The position numbers and the translations under genes are program-made. Below the pieces are notes generated by a model. That model did no database searches. It saw nothing but the letters and a program-made list of their open reading frames with translations, and was not told the DNA's origin. Positions 61,598 through 64,000 of a stretch of DNA of 64,000 nucleotides are shown here, piece by piece. The stretch comes from Candidatus Latescibacterota bacterium. GTDB lineage: Bacteria; Latescibacterota; UBA2968. The stretch's first letter is position 1, and every line of letters starts with the position of its first letter. The stretch spans positions 1,024,001 through 1,088,000 of the forward strand of contig OZ220741.1 of the NCBI GenBank assembly GCA_965116885.1. Reading direction: 5' to 3'.

Positions 61598-63175
61598 ATG
61601 AAAAAAAAACGCCGACAAAAAACGACCTCTACGTCCTTCGACCTCGCGCAATACGAACGCAAACCCTATTTTCTCGCCGCGCTTGGCCTGTGCGGATTGC
61701 TCATGGGCATTCTCCTCTTCGACGCCAACCTCTCCCTCACCGGCGACAACGCCCAATTCATCAACCTGGGTCGCTCTCTTGCAGAAGGGCATGGACTCTC
61801 GGAAACCATCGAAGGCGAACCCATCCCACACACCAAATACCCCTTTGGATTTCCGCTCCTCCTCGCCATTGTCCACATCCTCTTCCCCGCCAACCTCATC
61901 GCACTCAAAAGCCTCGTCGTCCTCCTCTACGCCATCTCGATCCCACTCACCTATCTCCTCATCCGCCGCTTTGCGCCTCCTCCCATGGCACTCGGCACAA
62001 GCGCGCTATGTCTCGCCTCTCCCCTCCTGTTGGATTACTCACACCAGGTCATGTCCGAAATTCCTTTTCTCCTATTTTCTCTCATCGCACTCCTCCTCCT
62101 CCACCGCGCACACAGTAACTCATCCACGAAGGTCACAAAGGACACGAAGGGGAAAAAACCTTTTCTTTTTCGTGTTTCTTTATGTTCGCTCCTTCTCGCA
62201 ATCATCGCCATCATCGCAGCCTACTACATCCGCAGCGCGGGCATCATCCTCATCGGCACCGGCATACTCTATTTTGCCCTGCACAAAAAATGGAAAGAAG
62301 CGGGCATCATCGCCACGGGCAGTCTCCTCCTCGCCCTGCCCTGGCAAATCCGCAACGCATCACTCGGTGGCACCCCCTATATCAAACAACTCCTCAGCAT
62401 AAACCCCTATCGTCCGGAAGAAGGCGCGCTCACATTCACCACGCTAATCGAACGCATCATTGTAAATCTCGAACTCTACGGCCTGCAAATCATCCCCTAC
62501 ATCTTCCTGCCCAGCTTTATCGACACCCACTACTTTGTCGGATCCGTCTTCTCCGCCCTGATCCTCTACGCCCTGATCGCCGGACTCATAAAACGGCACT
62601 TGCTCATCGTATATCTCACCTGCTATCTGACCCTCTACATCCTCTGGCCCGATATATGGACTGACACGCGCTTTCTCATCCCGGTCATCCCCATCCTTTT
62701 CTACACCATCCTCACCAGCCTGGACGAACTCCTCCACCTTCTCGCCCGAGCACTAAAAAAAACCGCCTCGCGCGCGGGTGTCGTATTCTTCTTTCTCTTT
62801 CTCCTCGGCTCAAATATCTTCGAGACCAACAACCTCGCCAAATACACCGGACAGTTACCTCTCGACTGGGCCAATTACTTTATCGCTGCAGAATGGATCG
62901 GAAAAAACACCGAACCCGATGTCAAAATCGCCTGCCGCAAGCCCTATCTCATGAACGCGATTGCCAACCGCAAAGCCACGAGCTACGCCTGGAAAACCCC
63001 GGATCAAGTCATTGCCGACTTTGAAAAAAACAGCATCGAAATCGTCGTTGTCGATCAGCTCGGATTCAGATCCACACCCGAATTTCTCATCCCCGCCATT
63101 GAGGCGTATAAAAATCGCTTTGAAATCATTCACATCGTACGCAATCCCGACACCTACGTCTTGACATTCAAATGA
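61598..63175 (+). CDS. GT-C (ArnT/GT39-like) membrane protein
   Basis: GDNA, YPFGFP, MSE, RFLIP; start at ATG 61598. Confidence 0.75.
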   Translation: MKKKRRQKTTSTSFDLAQYERKPYFLAALGLCGLLMGILLFDANLSLTGDNAQFINLGRSLAEGHGLSETIEGEPIPHTKYPFGFPLLLAIVHILFPANLIALKSLVVLLYAISIPLTYLLIRRFAPPPMALGTSALCLASPLLLDYSHQVMSEIPFLLFSLIALLLLHRAHSNSSTKVTKDTKGKKPFLFRVSLCSLLLAIIAIIAAYYIRSAGIILIGTGILYFALHKKWKEAGIIATGSLLLALPWQIRNASLGGTPYIKQLLSINPYRPEEGALTFTTLIERIIVNLELYGLQIIPYIFLPSFIDTHYFVGSVFSALILYALIAGLIKRHLLIVYLTCYLTLYILWPDIWTDTRFLIPVIPILFYTILTSLDELLHLLARALKKTASRAGVVFFFLFLLGSNIFETNNLAKYTGQLPLDWANYFIAAEWIGKNTEPDVKIACRKPYLMNAIANRKATSYAWKTPDQVIADFEKNSIEIVVVDQLGFRSTPEFLIPAIEAYKNRFEIIHIVRNPDTYVLTFK

Positions 63176-64000
63176 CCACCCGAGAAAAAATACTCATCTT
63201 CCGCCCCGATCACATCGGCGACCTGCTGCTCACCACGCCAGCGCTCTACGCCCTTCGCAAAGCAAAACCACACGCACACATCGGCATCCTCGTCAGTTCC
63301 TGGTCATCCCCGATCCTATCGGGAAACCCGGACATCGACGACATATTGATCTGCGACCTCCCCTGGCTCGACCGCGGTGAAAATCCCTCCTATCTACCGC
63401 TCTTGCCAATCATCCACCAGATCAGATCACAGCAATACGACCACATACTCAACTTTCGCATCGCCGCAAAAGCCGCCGCATTCTCTCGCCTGCTCGGCAC
63501 CAAAGAACGCTGGGGATTTGACGTCTTAAAATCGCGCTGGGCCTGGACACATGCCGTCCCTTATAATCCCAACCAGCATGTCGTAGATAACTACATGACC
63601 CTTGCGCGTGCATATACCCGCAGCGAAGACACACCCGTAAACTTCCGCATCTTTCCCGAAACAGCCGACCTGTCCGGCATTGACGAATTTATGCACAACA
63701 GCCCACCTGCCATTGTCCTCGGTGTCACATCTGGTCGCCCCGACAAATCCTGGCTCCCCGACCGCTGGGCAAAAGTTGCCGATCACATCGCCAAAGACGG
63801 CTTTCGCATCCTCCTCAACGGCGGACCCACAGAAGAAACAGACGTTCAGATGGTACAATCGCTCATGCACCATCCCGCAGAAAATCTCGTCGGTCGCTTT
63901 TCGCTGCTTCAATTCGCCGGACTGCTCAAACGCTGTGCTGCCATCATCACACTCGACTCATTTCCCATGCACCTCGCAGCGGCCCTCGGCATCCCAACCA
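63172..64000 (+). CDS. GT9 heptosyltransferase (partial, runs off window end)
   Basis: Manual translation MTTREKILIFRPDHIGDLLLTTP..KSW..DSFPMHLAAALGIP. Confidence 0.88.
   Translation, partial: MTTREKILIFRPDHIGDLLLTTPALYALRKAKPHAHIGILVSSWSSPILSGNPDIDDILICDLPWLDRGENPSYLPLLPIIHQIRSQQYDHILNFRIAAKAAAFSRLLGTKERWGFDVLKSRWAWTHAVPYNPNQHVVDNYMTLARAYTRSEDTPVNFRIFPETADLSGIDEFMHNSPPAIVLGVTSGRPDKSWLPDRWAKVADHIAKDGFRILLNGGPTEETDVQMVQSLMHHPAENLVGRFSLLQFAGLLKRCAAIITLDSFPMHLAAALGIPT

Overview
Bacterial chromosomal window. Gene content and style suggest an FCB-group or Latescibacterota-like organism, but that is inference only. It is mostly housekeeping and cell-envelope genes: rplI-rpsR-rpsF, hppA, pth-rplY-ispE, degP, xerD-uvrC, hisG-D-C-B running into ADP-heptose genes, and two large glycosyltransferase clusters rich in GT-C membrane enzymes. 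Accessory modules are a very strongly promoted secreted Ig-like surface protein cut by the window start, a tandem duplication of Rpn/YhgA-like nucleases that each carry a perfect internal Shine-Dalgarno (likely intragenic antitoxins), and two tandem secreted four-Cache-domain proteins upstream of an NCS2 permease fused to a degenerate RsbW-like HATPase domain (possible new sensing system). A deoxyhypusine-synthase-like domain is fused to the ADP-heptose adenylyltransferase in a cluster lacking gmhA. The strongest sequence-level signal is at least six families of small palindromic or tandem repeats. They nest in one another, supply stop codons and C-termini for about nine genes (three unrelated proteins end in SESGxxx), are translated in frame inside several proteins, and include a 35-nt hairpin with both filled and empty sites visible. 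I found no rRNA, tRNA, CRISPR array or autonomous transposase for these repeats.
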